Source: an uncultured Chloroflexia bacterium (GTDB lineage Bacteria > Chloroflexota > Limnocylindria > Limnocylindrales > CSP1-4). From it: DNA of 64,000 nucleotides. The stretch spans positions 75,680 to 139,679 of the forward strand of contig CAWJQZ010000033.1 of NCBI GenBank assembly GCA_963844945.1, given 5' to 3'. The notes below the pieces were generated by a model that was not told the origin of the DNA, searched no databases, and worked only from the letters and a program-made list of their open reading frames with translations. How positions within the stretch are numbered: position 1 is the first letter of the stretch; each line of letters starts with the position of its first letter. This document shows positions 28,893 to 39,289 of the stretch, in pieces. Both the position numbers and the translations under genes were made by a program.

Positions 28893-30550
28893 ATGACACG
28901 CCCTGACCCCGCCGGCTCCGAGAGCCCCTCCCCCGTCCTTCCCTCGCCGACCCGGACGCCCTTCCGGTCGTCGTCGTGGGCGCCGGGCTCGCCGGCCTCA
29001 CCGTCGCGCTCCAGCTCGCCGACCGCCACCGGATCGTCGTCCTCGCGAAGCGCGGGTTCGAGGAGGCGGCCACCGCGTGGGCACAGGGCGGGATCGTCGG
29101 CGTCATCGGGGACGACGACAGCGTCGAGCTGCACGTCCACGACACGCAGGTCGCCGGCGGCGGCCTGGTCGACGAGAACACCGCGCGGTTCGTCGCGGAG
29201 AACAGCGGCGACGTGATCCGCTGGCTCGTGGACCAGGGCGTCCCGTTCACGACCGATCCGGCCGGCCCGCTCGGCCTCCACCTGACGCGGGAGGGCGGGC
29301 ATGCGGTGCGCCGGATCGCGCATGCGGCCGACGCGACGGGACGGGCGATCCACGAGGCTCTCCTCGAGCGCGCTCACCTCCACCCCAACATCACGATGCG
29401 CGAGAGGTGGATGGCCGTGGACGTCATCACCTCGCGTCACCTGCGCCGGGAGGAGCCCACGCGCGCCTATGGCGTGTACGCGCTGGACCTCGACGCGGGT
29501 CGCGTGGAGACGCTGCCCGCCTCCGCGGTCGTCCTCGCCACCGGCGGCGTCGGGAAGGTCTACCGGTACACGACGAACCCGGACACCTCGACGGGTGACG
29601 GGATCGCGATGGCGTGGCGCGCCGGCTGCCGCGTCGCGAACATGGAATTCGTCCAGTTCCACCCGACGTGCCTGTACCACCCGGAGGAGCGGACCTTCCT
29701 GATCAGCGAGGCGCTGCGCGGCGAGGGCGCCTACCTGGAGCTGCCGGACGGGACCCGGTTCATGGCCGCTCACGACCCGCGGATGGAGCTCGCCCCTCGC
29801 GACATCGTGGCCCGGGCGATCGACTTCGAGATGAAGAAACACGGCCTCGACAACGTCTGGCTCGACGCGCGACACTCGGCGAGCCGTTCCTGCGGGAGCA
29901 CTTCCCCACATCCACCACCGGTGCATGGAGCTCGGGATCGACATCGCGACGCAGCGGATCCCCGTGGTCCCGGCGGCGCACTACACGTGCGGCGGCGTGG
30001 TCACCGACCTCGAGGGCCGGACCACGTCCCCGGGCTGTACGCCGTCGGCGAGACCACGTACACGGGCCTTCACGGCGCGAACCGGCTCGCGAGCAATCGC
30101 TCCTGGAGTGCGTCGTCATCGGGCGGTCCTGCGCCGTCCGCATCGACGAGAATCGCCGAACGGGGCCACGGATTCCCCGACCGGGACGAGAGCCGGGTGG
30201 AGATCCGGACGAGATGGTCGTCGTTCCCATAACTGGGAGGAGCTCCGGCTGTCGATGTGGAACTACGTCGGGATCGTCCGGACGACGAAGCGGCTCGAGC
30301 GCGCGCTCCACCGGATCACCCTGCTGACCGCGGAGATCGAGGAATATTACGCGACGTTCCGCGTCACGCGTGACCTGCTGGAGCGGCGCAACCTGGTGGC
30401 GTGCGCGGAGATCGTGGTCCGCCCCGCCCTCTGGCGCCACGAGAGCCGCGGTCTCCACTACAGCGCGGATTACCCGTACACGCTCCCGGCGACGCTCCCC
30501 ACGTGGCGATCCCGGGCCCCCGGGCGGACTCGGCCCCCCGCTCGGACTGA
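28893..30550 (+). pseudogene. nadB: L-aspartate oxidase with at least 4 frame switches; both ends are approximate
   Basis: ATG 28893 is out of frame with the FAD motif VVVVGAGLAGLTVAL (the 28976 frame has an in-frame TGA at 28904). The body is in ORF 28976..30232 (WAQGGI, TLPASAVVLATGG, TGDGIAMAWRAG, MEFVQFHPT, SEALRGEGA). It continues in the 29614 frame (LGEPFLREHFP), the 29925 frame (PVVPAAHYTCGGV; ...WRHESRGLHYSADYP) and back in the 28976 frame (PGLYAVGETTYTGLHGANRLASN). A TGA at 30548-30550 in a third frame is the most plausible end. Confidence 0.85.
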
Positions 30551-30590
30551 CGCCGGGCCGGCCCGGCACCGGGGCCGCCGGCAGTCGGCC

Positions 30591-31460
30591 TCAAGATCCG
30601 CATCGAGTATCACCGCGCGCACGTTCTTCGTCAGCCACCCACCAGATCCGGTCGACCCCGCGGCGGCGATCCCCTCCATCTCCTCGAGCGAGATCCCGCC
30701 CGACGCCTCGAGGAGCGCCCGCCCGTCGGTGATGCCGACTGCCTCGCGCATGAGGTCCGGCGTGAAGTTGTCGAGGAGGATGCTCGTCGCGCCGTTCGCG
30801 GAGCGCTTCGCGGAGCTGGTCGAGCCCCTCCACCTCGATCTGGATGGACACGCCCGGGCCGGCCCCGAGCGCCCGGGCGGCCGCGAGGGCCTCCGCGATC
30901 CCGCCGGCCTCGGCGATGTGGTTCTCCTTGATGAGGATCCCATCCCAGAGGGCGATCCGCTGGTTGGCACCGCCGCCCACCCGGACGGCGTGCTTCTGGG
31001 CGAGCCGCAGGCCGGGGACCGTCTTGCGCGTGTCGAGGACCAGGCAGCCGCGCGCGTTCGGGGAGGCTCCCCGGATCGCCCGCGCGTACCGTCGCGTGAC
31101 CGTGGCCGTGCCGGAGAGCAGCTGGAGGAAGTTGAGGGCGGGGCGCTCGCCGGAGAGGAGCGCGCGCGCGTGGCCGGCGAGCTCGCAGACCGTGGAGCCG
31201 GCCGTCATCTCGTCGCCCTCCGCGAACGACCAGTCGAACGTCACGGCAGGGTCGAGCGCACGGACGCAGGCCTCGAACCAGTCGATCCCGCAGAGGACGG
31301 CCTCCTCGCGGACGCGGATGCGCGCACGTGCCGGGCCGGACGGGACGAGCCGGGCGGTCCAGTCGCCCGTGCCGATGTCCTCGGCGAGAGCCTCGCGGAC
31401 GTTGCGTTCTCGCGCCTCCGCGAGCGTCTCGTTGACCTCGACGACGCCGAACGGCTCCAC
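30591..31460 (-). pseudogene. nadC: Nicotinate-nucleotide pyrophosphorylase (quinolinate phosphoribosyltransferase) with at least 3 frame switches
   Basis: ORF 30591..31460 gives [12 protein letters not shown]...ERPALNFLQLLSGTATVTRRY...VLDTRKTVPGLRLAQKHAVRVGGGANQRIALWDGILIKENH...IEVEGLDQL. The motifs ILLDNFTPDLMREAV...LEASGGISLEEM and LTKNVRAVILD are only found in the 30470..30970 frame. The 3' end is uncertain. Confidence 0.85.
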
Positions 31461-31470
31461 CGGCCGCCGC

Positions 31471-32584
31471 CTACGCCGAGCCGAGGTCGGGGACGTGGCC
31501 GCGATACGAGGCGACCAGGCTGTCCGGGTGCGCGGCGACGAAGTCGAGCATCCGCTCGACCGGGACCATCGCGCGGACCCGGGTCTCCTCGGGCACCTCG
31601 ATCGCGCCGTCGCCCGTCTCGAGGCAGTCGATGACGCCCTGCAGGCTGTTCATCGCCATCCACGGGCAGTGCGCGCAGTTCTTGCACGTCGCGCTGTTCC
31701 CGGCGGTGGGTGCCTCGATGAGCGTCTTCCCGGGCGCGAGCTCGTGCATCCGGTGGAAGATCCCGTTGTCCGTCGCCACGATGTACTCGGCCGCATCGCC
31801 TTCGACGACCGCCTTGAGCAGCTGCGACGTGGAGCCGACGACGTCCGCCTGGGCCACGACGCTCGCCGGGGACTCCGGGTGGACGAGGACCGGCGCGCCG
31901 GGGTGCTCCGCGCGGAGCAGCTCGAGCTCGATCCCCTTGAACTCCTCGTGGACGACGCACGCGCCGTTCCACAGGAGCATGTCGGCACCGGTCTCGTTCG
32001 CGATGTAGCCCCTCGAAGGCGCCCTTCCGCTTGCAGCAGCATCCTGTGGCCGTTCGCCGCGAGGTGACGGACGATCGCGAGAGCGCAGGACGAATGCGAC
32101 CATCGAGTCCGCACGGGCCTTCACCGCGGCGCTCGTGTTCGCGTAGACCACGACGGTCCGGTTGAGGATTGGTGTCGGAGAAGGCCGCGAAGTTGTCTGG
32201 CGGGCAGCCGAGGTCGAGCGAGCAGGTCGCGTCGATGTCGGGCACCAGCACGCGCTTCTCCGGCTGAGGATCTTTGGCCGTCTCGCCCATGAAGCGGACG
32301 CCGGCGACGACGAGCGTGCTCGCCGCGTGATCGCGTCCGAACCGCGCGATCTCCAGGGAGTCGGCGACGCAGCCGCCCGTCGCGAGCCAGGTCCTGGATG
32401 TCGCCGTCGACGTAGAAGTGGGCGACGAGCACGGCCCCCTTCGCCGCAAGGAGTGCGGCGGCGCGCTCCTTCTGCGCGGCGCGCTCGGCCGGCGTGGAGA
32501 TCAGCGGGACGCGCGCCCAAGCACGCGCGATGGTCTCGGTCCCGTCCGTCCGCGGAGCGCGTAGTCGACCTCCACCCGGCTCAT
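31471..32584 (-). pseudogene. nadA: Quinolinate synthase with at least 5 frame switches
   Basis: ATG 32584 gives MSRVEVDY.... Conserved pieces are scattered over all three minus frames. [15 protein letters not shown] is in 32121..32432. [33 protein letters not shown]...[24 protein letters not shown] is in 31241..32449. [20 protein letters not shown], and the intact C-terminal half [13 protein letters not shown]...VLVHPESP...VGSTSQLLK...[12 protein letters not shown]...[13 protein letters not shown], are in 31471..32520. Confidence 0.85.
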
Positions 32585-32650
32585 CTCTTCGCGTTCTCCA
32601 TCACCTGCCGGGTCCCGCCCGGCCGATCGATCGTACCCCAGGCGGAGGGC

Positions 32651-33366
32651 CTACCCCTCCGCGGGCTCGGTCAGCCGGTCGACCGAGGTCGATTTCGCGT
32701 CCGTCTCCCCTGCCGGACCAGGAGGCTGCGCGCCCCGCCGTGGGCGGTGTCCAGGTGCGCGAGCGCGGAGTCCATGAACTCGGGCGGGCTGTCCACCACG
32801 AGGCCGGCGTGGCGCCAGTCGTCGGGCTCGATGTGCGCCACGGGCGAGGCGAAGTACCCGGCCGAGAGGGCGTAGTCCTCGACGATGAGGTCGCGCGGCA
32901 CCCCGCACAGGTCCAGCAGGAGCGCGATCGTCACGCCGGTCCGGTCCTTCCCCGCGGCGCAGCCGATGACGACGGGGAGCCCGTCGTCGGCGAGGAGCGC
33001 CATCGCGACCGCGGCGAGCTGCGGCCTCGCGCGTCGAGGACGTGCCGGTATATCCCGGCCAAGCCGAGGAACGGGTGGGGTCGTCCGCGAGCAGCGGGAT
33101 GCTCGTGTACCGGACTTCCGGGTGGCGGCGGAAGTCGTTCGGCGAGATCTCGAATTCCTCGGGCCACCGGAGGTCGACCACCTGTCGGATCCCGAGGTCG
33201 ACGAGGGCATCCACGTGCGCTTCGGGAGGCGCGCCAGCTCGTCGGATCGCAGGAGCGTGCGCCAGCGCATGCGCCTGCCGTCGAGCGTGGGGTAGCCGCC
33301 GACGACGCGGACGTTGCGCGTGCCGTCGAGGGCCAGATGTCGGTCGGGGTGCGGCTCGGTCTTCAT
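32651..33366 (-). pseudogene. Protein tyrosine/serine phosphatase (CX5R, PF13350-like) with at least 3 frame switches
   Basis: ATG 33366 gives [47 protein letters not shown]. It continues as VDALVDLGIRQVVDLRWPEEF...YTSIPLL in the 32651..34219 frame. The active site VVIGCAAGKDRTGVTIALLLDLCGVPRDLIVEDYALS is back in the 32671..33558 frame. The gene lies immediately upstream of nadA on the same strand. Confidence 0.75.
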
Positions 33367-33578
33367 CGCCGCCAAGCGTATCGCGACCGCCGCCGGAGGC
33401 CGGTCCCGGGTCGCAGGCCCGCCGGCCGGGCCCCGCGTCCCCGGCGGATGGCCGGCCGGCCCCCGGAGGACCATCCGTCCCGCCCGTCCGGCGCGCCACT
33501 CGGCCCTCCCCGTGCGAGGCCCCGATGCGGCACCCTGTACGGACCCGCGTCCCGCCACTGTGCACCACCGAGGTCCCC

Positions 33579-36305
33579 ATGTCCGCCCATGCCCCCGCGA
33601 ACCCCCATGCCGACGCCGACGACGGCGGCCCGCGCCCGCTCGACGCGATCTTCCACCCGCGGTCGGTCGCCGTCATCGGCGCCACCGAGAAGCAGGCTCC
33701 GTCGGCCGGACGATCCTCTGGAACCTGCTGTCGTCCCCGTTCGGGGGGACCGTCTACCCGGTGAACCCGACGCGCCCGGCGATCCTGGGCGTCAAGGCGT
33801 ACCCGTCGGTCTCCGCGATCGGGGAGCCGGTGGACCTCGCGGTGATCGTGACGCCGCCCAAGTCGGCGCCGGCGCTCGTGGAGGAGTGCGGCCAGGCCGG
33901 CGTCCGCGGGATCATCATCATCAGCGCCGGGTTCAAGGAGGTCGGCGCCGAGGGCGTGGAGCTCGAACGCCAGGTCCTCGAGGCCGCACGGCGGCACGGA
34001 TCCGCGTCGTCGTCCTAACTGCCTCGGCGTCATGAACACCGTGGGCGGCATGAACGCGACGTTCGCGACCGGGGATCTCCCGCCGGGATCCGTCGGGTTC
34101 GTCTCGCAGTCCGGGGCGCTCCTCACCGCGATCCTCGACTGGGCGGCCCACGAGGACGTCGGCTTCAGCGCGATCGTCTCGCTCGGCTCGATGCTCGACG
34201 TGGGCTGGGGAGACGTCATCGACTACCTCGGCAACGACCCGGGGACGGACAGCATCGTCATCTACATGGAGACGATCGGCGACGCGCGCGCATTCCTGTC
34301 CGCGGCGCGCGAGGTCGCGCTGACGAAGCCGATCATCGTCATCAAGCCCGGACGGACGGCGCAGGCGGCCAAGGCCGCTGCGTCGCACACCGGGTCACTC
34401 ACCGGCTCCGACGACGTCCTCGACGCCGCCTTCCGGCGCGCGGGCGTCCTGCGGGTGGACTCGATCAGCGAGCTGTTCGAAGTCTCCGAGATCCTCGCGA
34501 AGCAGCCGCGCCCGAAGGGGCGCCGCTTGGCGGTCGTCACGAACGCGGGCGGGCCGGGCGTCATCGCGACCGACGCCCTCATCGGCGGCGGTGGCGAGCT
34601 CGCCGACATCTCCCCCGACACGATGGAGGCGCTCAACGCGATCCTGCCGCCCGTCTGGAGCCACAACGACCCGATCGACATCATCGGGGACGCGCCGCCG
34701 CACCTGTACGCGAAGACCCTCGACATCGTCGCGGCGGACCCGGCGTCGGACGGCATCCTCGTCATCCTCACGCCCCAGGCGATGACGGACCCGACGGCGA
34801 CGGCGAAGGCGATCGAGCGCTTCGCGCGGGTCGAGGGCAAGCCGATCTTCGCCTGCTGGATGGGCGGCGAGGAGGTCGCCGAAGGCGCGGCGCTCCTGCG
34901 CCAGGCAGGCATCCCGACGTTCGCGTACCCGGACACCGCCTGCATCCTCTTCAACCACCTCTGGCGCTACGACGCGAACCTCCGCTCGCTCTACGAGACG
35001 CCGAAGCTCCCGGTCGCTCCCGAGCGCGGCGAGGACCGCGAGGAGGCCGACCGGATCATCGCGGGCGTCGCGGCCGAGGGCCGGACCCTCCTCACCGAGC
35101 ACGAGAGCAAGAAGGTCCTCGCGGCGTACGGGATCCCGATCACGGACACGGAGCCGGCACGGACCATCGACGAGGCGGTCGCGGCGGCCGAGAGGATCGG
35201 CTTCCCGGTGGTCGTCAAGCTCCTGAGCCGGACGATCACGCACAAGACCGACGTCGGCGGCGTGAAGCTCAACCTGCGGTCGGCGGAGGCCGTACGGGAG
35301 GCGTTCCTGCAGATCGAGGCGTCGGTCGCGGAGAAGGCCGGGCGCGAGCACTTCGAGGGCGTGACGGTCAAGGCGATGATCGACTGGAACGGCTACGAGC
35401 TCATCGTGGGGAGCAGCCCCGACCCGCAGTTCGGCCCGGTCCTGCTCTTCGGGATGGGCGGACAGCTCGTCGAGGTCTTCCGCGACCGCGCCCTGGCGCT
35501 GCCGCCGCTGAACACGACGCTCGCGCTGCACCTGATCGACGAGACCAGGATCTCGACCGCGCTCCGCGGCGTCCGCGGCCGGAAGCCGGTGGACCGCGAG
35601 GTCCTCGCGGCGCTCCTCGTGCGCTTCAGCGAGCTCGTCGCCGAGCAGCCGCGCATCGCGGAGATCGATATCAACCCGCTCCTCGCGTCTCCCGAGCGCG
35701 TCATCGCGCTCGATGCACGGGTCGTGCTGCACCCCAATTCGATCGTGGACGCGGACCTGCCGCGGCTCGCGATCCGACCGTATCCGCACGGGTACGAGCG
35801 CGAGGCCGCGACGCACGACGGCGTGGCGATCACCCTCCGGCCGATCCGTCCCGAGGACGAGCCGGCGATGCGGCGGTTCCACGCGGCGCTCTCGGACGAG
35901 ACCGTGCGCGCACGCTACGGGTTCGACCGCTCGCTCGCCGAGCGGACCGCGCACGAGCGGCTCGCCCGGATCTGCTTCGTGGACTACGACCGCGAGTTCG
36001 CGATCGTCGCGGAGGCGCCGGCGGCGAACGGCGGGTCGGAGCTCGCCGGCGTGGCACGCCTGTCGCGGATCCATGCGACCGACGACCGGGCGCTCACGAT
36101 GACCGTGGCCGACGCCTGGCAGCGGCACGGGATCGGCGAGCAGCTGGTGCGCTCGGCCATCGACGTGGCCCGGGGCGAGGGTGTCGCACACGTCCTCGCC
36201 GAGCTCGCCCCGGAGAACACGGGGATGCGCGAGCTCCTCACGGACGCGGGGTTCACGCTCGAGGAGCGCGACGGGGTGCTCATCGCGTCTCTCGCGATCG
36301 ACTGA
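33579..36305 (+). pseudogene. Pat-like bifunctional ADP-forming acyl-CoA synthetase-family / GNAT N-acetyltransferase (protein lysine acetyltransferase type) with two frame switches in the first 460 nt
   Basis: ATG 33579 gives MSAHAP...[18 protein letters not shown]. It continues as [25 protein letters not shown]...AVIVTPP...[10 protein letters not shown] in the 33314 frame. The intact ORF 34032..36305 follows ([16 protein letters not shown]...SHTGSLTG, the ATP-grasp [23 protein letters not shown] and the C-terminal [22 protein letters not shown]...[11 protein letters not shown]). Confidence 0.85.
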
Positions 36306-36313
36306 GGGGCGGC

Positions 36314-36357
36314 GGAGGGCCAACGGGGCGGGGGCCGGGGCGGCCCGGGGGCCCTCC
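36314..36357. terminator. GC-rich hairpin between convergent genes, a possible bidirectional terminator
   Basis: The outer stem is GGAGGGCC (36314-36321) / GGCCCTCC (36350-36357), enclosing further G/C pairing. It lies between stop 36305 (+) and stop 36361 (-). There is no U-tract. Confidence 0.3.
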
Positions 36358-36360
36358 CGG

Positions 36361-37363
36361 TCAGGCGCGCAGCGCGGCCCGCTGCGCGGCCGTGACCGCA
36401 TCCATCGCCGCGGGCGCGTCCCGGGCGAACCCCGGGACGGTGAGGAACCCGTGCGGCATCGCGGGGTATCCGGCGAGCGTCGTCGGGACGCCTGCGCGCC
36501 GGAGTGCGTCCGCGTACGCGACGCCCTCGTCGTGGAGCGGGTCGTGGCCCGCGACGACGACGATCGCCGATGGCAGGCCCGCGTGGTCGGCCGCGCGCAG
36601 AGGCGAGACGCGCGGGTCGAGCGGGTCGGCGCCCGACGGGAGGTAGTACCGGAAGTACGCCTCCATGTCCGCGGCGGTGAGGATCGGCGCGTCCCGGAAC
36701 GTCCGATACGAGTCCCAGGACATCGAGCCGTCGGTCACCGGGTAGAGCAGCGCCTGGTGCGCGATGGGCGGGCCGCCGGCATCGCGTGCCTGCAGGGAGA
36801 TGACGGCCGCGAGGTTCCCGCCTGCGCTGTCGCCCATGACGCCGAGGCGGTCCGGGTCCGCGCCGATCGAGGCCGCGTTCGCGCGGACCCACGCCACGGC
36901 CGCGAGACAGTCTTCCGGGGCGGCCGGGAACGGGTGCTCGGGCGCAAGGCGGTAGCCGACGGACACGACGATGGCGTCCACGTCGCGGGCGACCGTGCTG
37001 CAGATCCAATCGCCGCCGCGGAGGTCGCCGAGGACCCCAGCCGCCGCCGTGGAAGTGGACGACGACGGGGCGGGGCGCGGGCGGCACCGCGGCTGACGAG
37101 GGGGCCGCCGCGGCAGACGATGCCGGCGCGGGGGTGTAGACGCGGACGGGGAGCTCGCCGCCCGGCCCGGGGATGATCCGGTCCGTTGCGGTGACCCCGG
37201 GACGGACCACGCCGACCGAGCGGTCCACGAGGAACAGGACGAGCCGGCCGGGCGGCCGGGTCGAGGCATGGAGACGCTCGACATCCTCGCGCGACATCCT
37301 CGCGATGGATGAGCCGGGCACGAGGCCGAAGATGCGGCAGCCGATGCGCATGCCGAGCGGCAT
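36361..37363 (-). pseudogene. Alpha/beta hydrolase, hormone-sensitive-lipase-type esterase, with one frame switch near 37035
   Basis: The N-terminus is in ORF 35984..37363 (MPLGMRIGCRIFGL...PVRVYTP...VVVHFHGGGW). The rest is in ORF 36361..37527 (VLGDL...VSVGYRLAPEHPFPAA...GVMGDSAGGNLA...VVVAGHDPLHDEG...MPHGF). HGGGW and GDSAGG are the HSL-family signatures. Confidence 0.8.
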
Positions 37364-37719
37364 CCGCTCCAGGGCTGGGCCCTCCTTCCGGGGGCGACGG
37401 CGTCGCCCTCACCGGACAAGGGTACGCCCCGGCCGGAGGGGGGCCCCGGCCGAGGCGATGGTGTGTGGTCAAGCGGCCGACCCGATGGCTGCCCGCGGCC
37501 GGGCCACCCGCCTTCCACTGCGCACATCGTGGCGGCCGTGGGCCCGTGCGTCTGTCAGACATCCGGAAGTCCTCTGTCGGCAGTGGGGCAGAGTCGCCGT
37601 CACCGCAGGCGGGACCGATGGGCCTTGTGGGGGGCGCGCGGCGGGCTTAGGGTATCGGTTGCGTGCCCGGGCACCGCGGGGGCCAGATGCGGTGCGGGCA
37701 CCGACGGGAGGGATCGAGC

Positions 37720-38280
37720 ATGCGACGTCACCTGTTGGCACTCCTCGCAGCCGCAGCGCTCGCCGCTGCGTTCGTCGCGCCCGCGAGCGCCGCCACCGGG
37801 GTCATGCTCAACGGGGTCCCGCTCGTCGGGCCGAACGCGATCGTCCGGTGCGACACCGGTGCCCCGTACTACCCCGGCATCGCCGACATGGCCCGATCGC
37901 CCGGCCCCGGCATGGTCGGCTACATGGCCAGCGACTCGATGGTGGGCGGAACGGCGACGCTGAAGGGTGCCGCCCCGTACACGCGCTACGTCGTCCGGTT
38001 CATCCAGGCCACACCCGATCCCGCGTACTGGCTGTCTCAGTGCCACGGTGTGGACGGGTATATCTGGACCGATGGAGCCGGGAACGGCTCGCTCTACGTC
38101 CGCGAGTGGCGGATCCCGAGCGCCGTGGCGCTGTCGTTCATCATCGACACCGGCAGTGAGTACCTGACCCCGACGTACCGCCCGAAGATGGAGTTCACGC
38201 TGACGCCCCTCGTGCCGTACGTCCCGTCGACGGTCGTGGGCCCGGCGCGCACCGGCTCGCCGATCTCCAGCCACCGATAG
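37720..38280 (+). CDS. Small secreted protein of unknown function (paralogue A)
   Basis: ATG 37720 follows GGGAGGGA. The signal peptide is MRRHLLALLAAAALAAAFVAPASA. The mature protein is ~160 aa with two Cys (VRCDTG, SQCHGVDGY). I recognised no family. Confidence 0.7.
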   Translation: MRRHLLALLAAAALAAAFVAPASAATGVMLNGVPLVGPNAIVRCDTGAPYYPGIADMARSPGPGMVGYMASDSMVGGTATLKGAAPYTRYVVRFIQATPDPAYWLSQCHGVDGYIWTDGAGNGSLYVREWRIPSAVALSFIIDTGSEYLTPTYRPKMEFTLTPLVPYVPSTVVGPARTGSPISSHR

Positions 38281-38300
38281 CCTCGCCTGCAAGACGGATC

Positions 38301-38332
38301 CCGAGGCCCCGGCCGTCCGGCCGGGGCCTCGG
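38301..38332 (+). terminator. Terminator-like hairpin after paralogue A
   Basis: Perfect 14-bp stem CCGAGGCCCCGGCC / GGCCGGGGCCTCGG with a 4-nt loop, 20 nt after the stop. There is no clear U-tract. Confidence 0.5.
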
Positions 38333-38456
38333 CACGCCCGGGTGGAGCGAAGGCCGATGGCCCTCGACGCGGGTGCCAACGGCTGCTACGTTCTGCTCGA
38401 CCGGCTGCGTGAGTGCCGTGGGGGCTACGTGGACAGTGGCCGGCAGGAGGGTTGGC

Positions 38457-39061
38457 ATGCGTCGTCGGCTTCTTCCCCTGCTCGCGGCGGTGGCGCTCGT
38501 CGCGGCGTTCGCGGGACCGTCGAACGCGGGCACCGCGGTGATGGTCGGCGGGATCACCAACGTGGGGCCTCACGTGAACTCGTGGTGCCGTGACCAGATC
38601 CCGTGGTCCATGTACGGACCGCTGCGCACCGGCTATGGGACAACGTCCCTCACCGCCAGCGACACGATGGTGGGCGGCGTCTTCGTCCTGCGCGGGGTCC
38701 GCCCAACACCGTCCTCGAGGTCCGGCTCATCCAGGCGGTGCCGGACGCCGTGCAGCCGGCGAGTGCCACACGTGGACGCCTACGTCCTGACCGACGGTGC
38801 GGGGACGCGACCGTGTCGATCCGCGAGCCGCGCGATCCGTACGCCACTGCGGTGAACTTCTTCTCCGGGATGCTCCAGTACACATCGCCGGAGACGTCGT
38901 CACCTACTCCGGCCAGAGGCCGCTCACGTTCTCGCCGCAGCTCGTCCCGGCCCCATCGGGCGGCGCGGGCGCACAGACGAACCTGCGACGGTCCGCAGGT
39001 AGCAAGCCCCACCGCGACCGGCAGGTCCGACACGGCCTGCGGGTCCCCGGCATCCACCTAG
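38457..39061 (+). pseudogene. Small secreted protein (paralogue B of 37720..38280) with at least 3 frame switches
   Basis: ATG 38457 follows AGGAGGG. The signal peptide is MRRRLLPLLAAVALVAAFAGPSNA. Segments colinear with paralogue A are found in different frames: DTMVGGVFVLRG / DSMVGGTATLKG; VLEVRLIQAVPD / YVVRFIQATPD; CHTVDAYVLTDGAGN / CHGVDGYIWTDGAGN; and the tail ...PTATGRSD... ending at TAG 39059-39061. Confidence 0.6.
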
Positions 39062-39101
39062 GGCCTCGGTGCCCCGGCCGCACGGCCGGGACGCCGAGGC
39101 C
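39062..39101 (+). terminator. Terminator-like hairpin after paralogue B
   Basis: GGCCTCGGTGCCCCGGCC ... GGCCGGGACGCCGAGGCC, an imperfect stem with 2 mismatches, followed by TTTCC. It is related in sequence to the hairpin at 38301. Confidence 0.4.
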
Positions 39102-39289
39102 TTTCCGATCCCTGCCGATGACGGCGGGGCGGGCTGCCGGGGGCACGCGATGCGCCCGCTCGCGGCCCATCGGCACGATCGGCAGGGTCGATCCGCTCGT
39201 GCGACCTCGGCGCGTCGCCGCGCGAAGCGCCCGAGGCACCTCGCCATGTCGGCGCCGCCGTCGCGATCCTGGAGCAAGAGGGAGTTGCC

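Noticed and set aside
32624-32633. The CGATCGATCG palindrome upstream of nadA as an NAD-regulator (NrtR/NiaR/NadR) operator.
   Set aside because: It is too short and does not match any operator consensus I can recall. No NAD regulator gene is present in the window. It is mentioned only as context.
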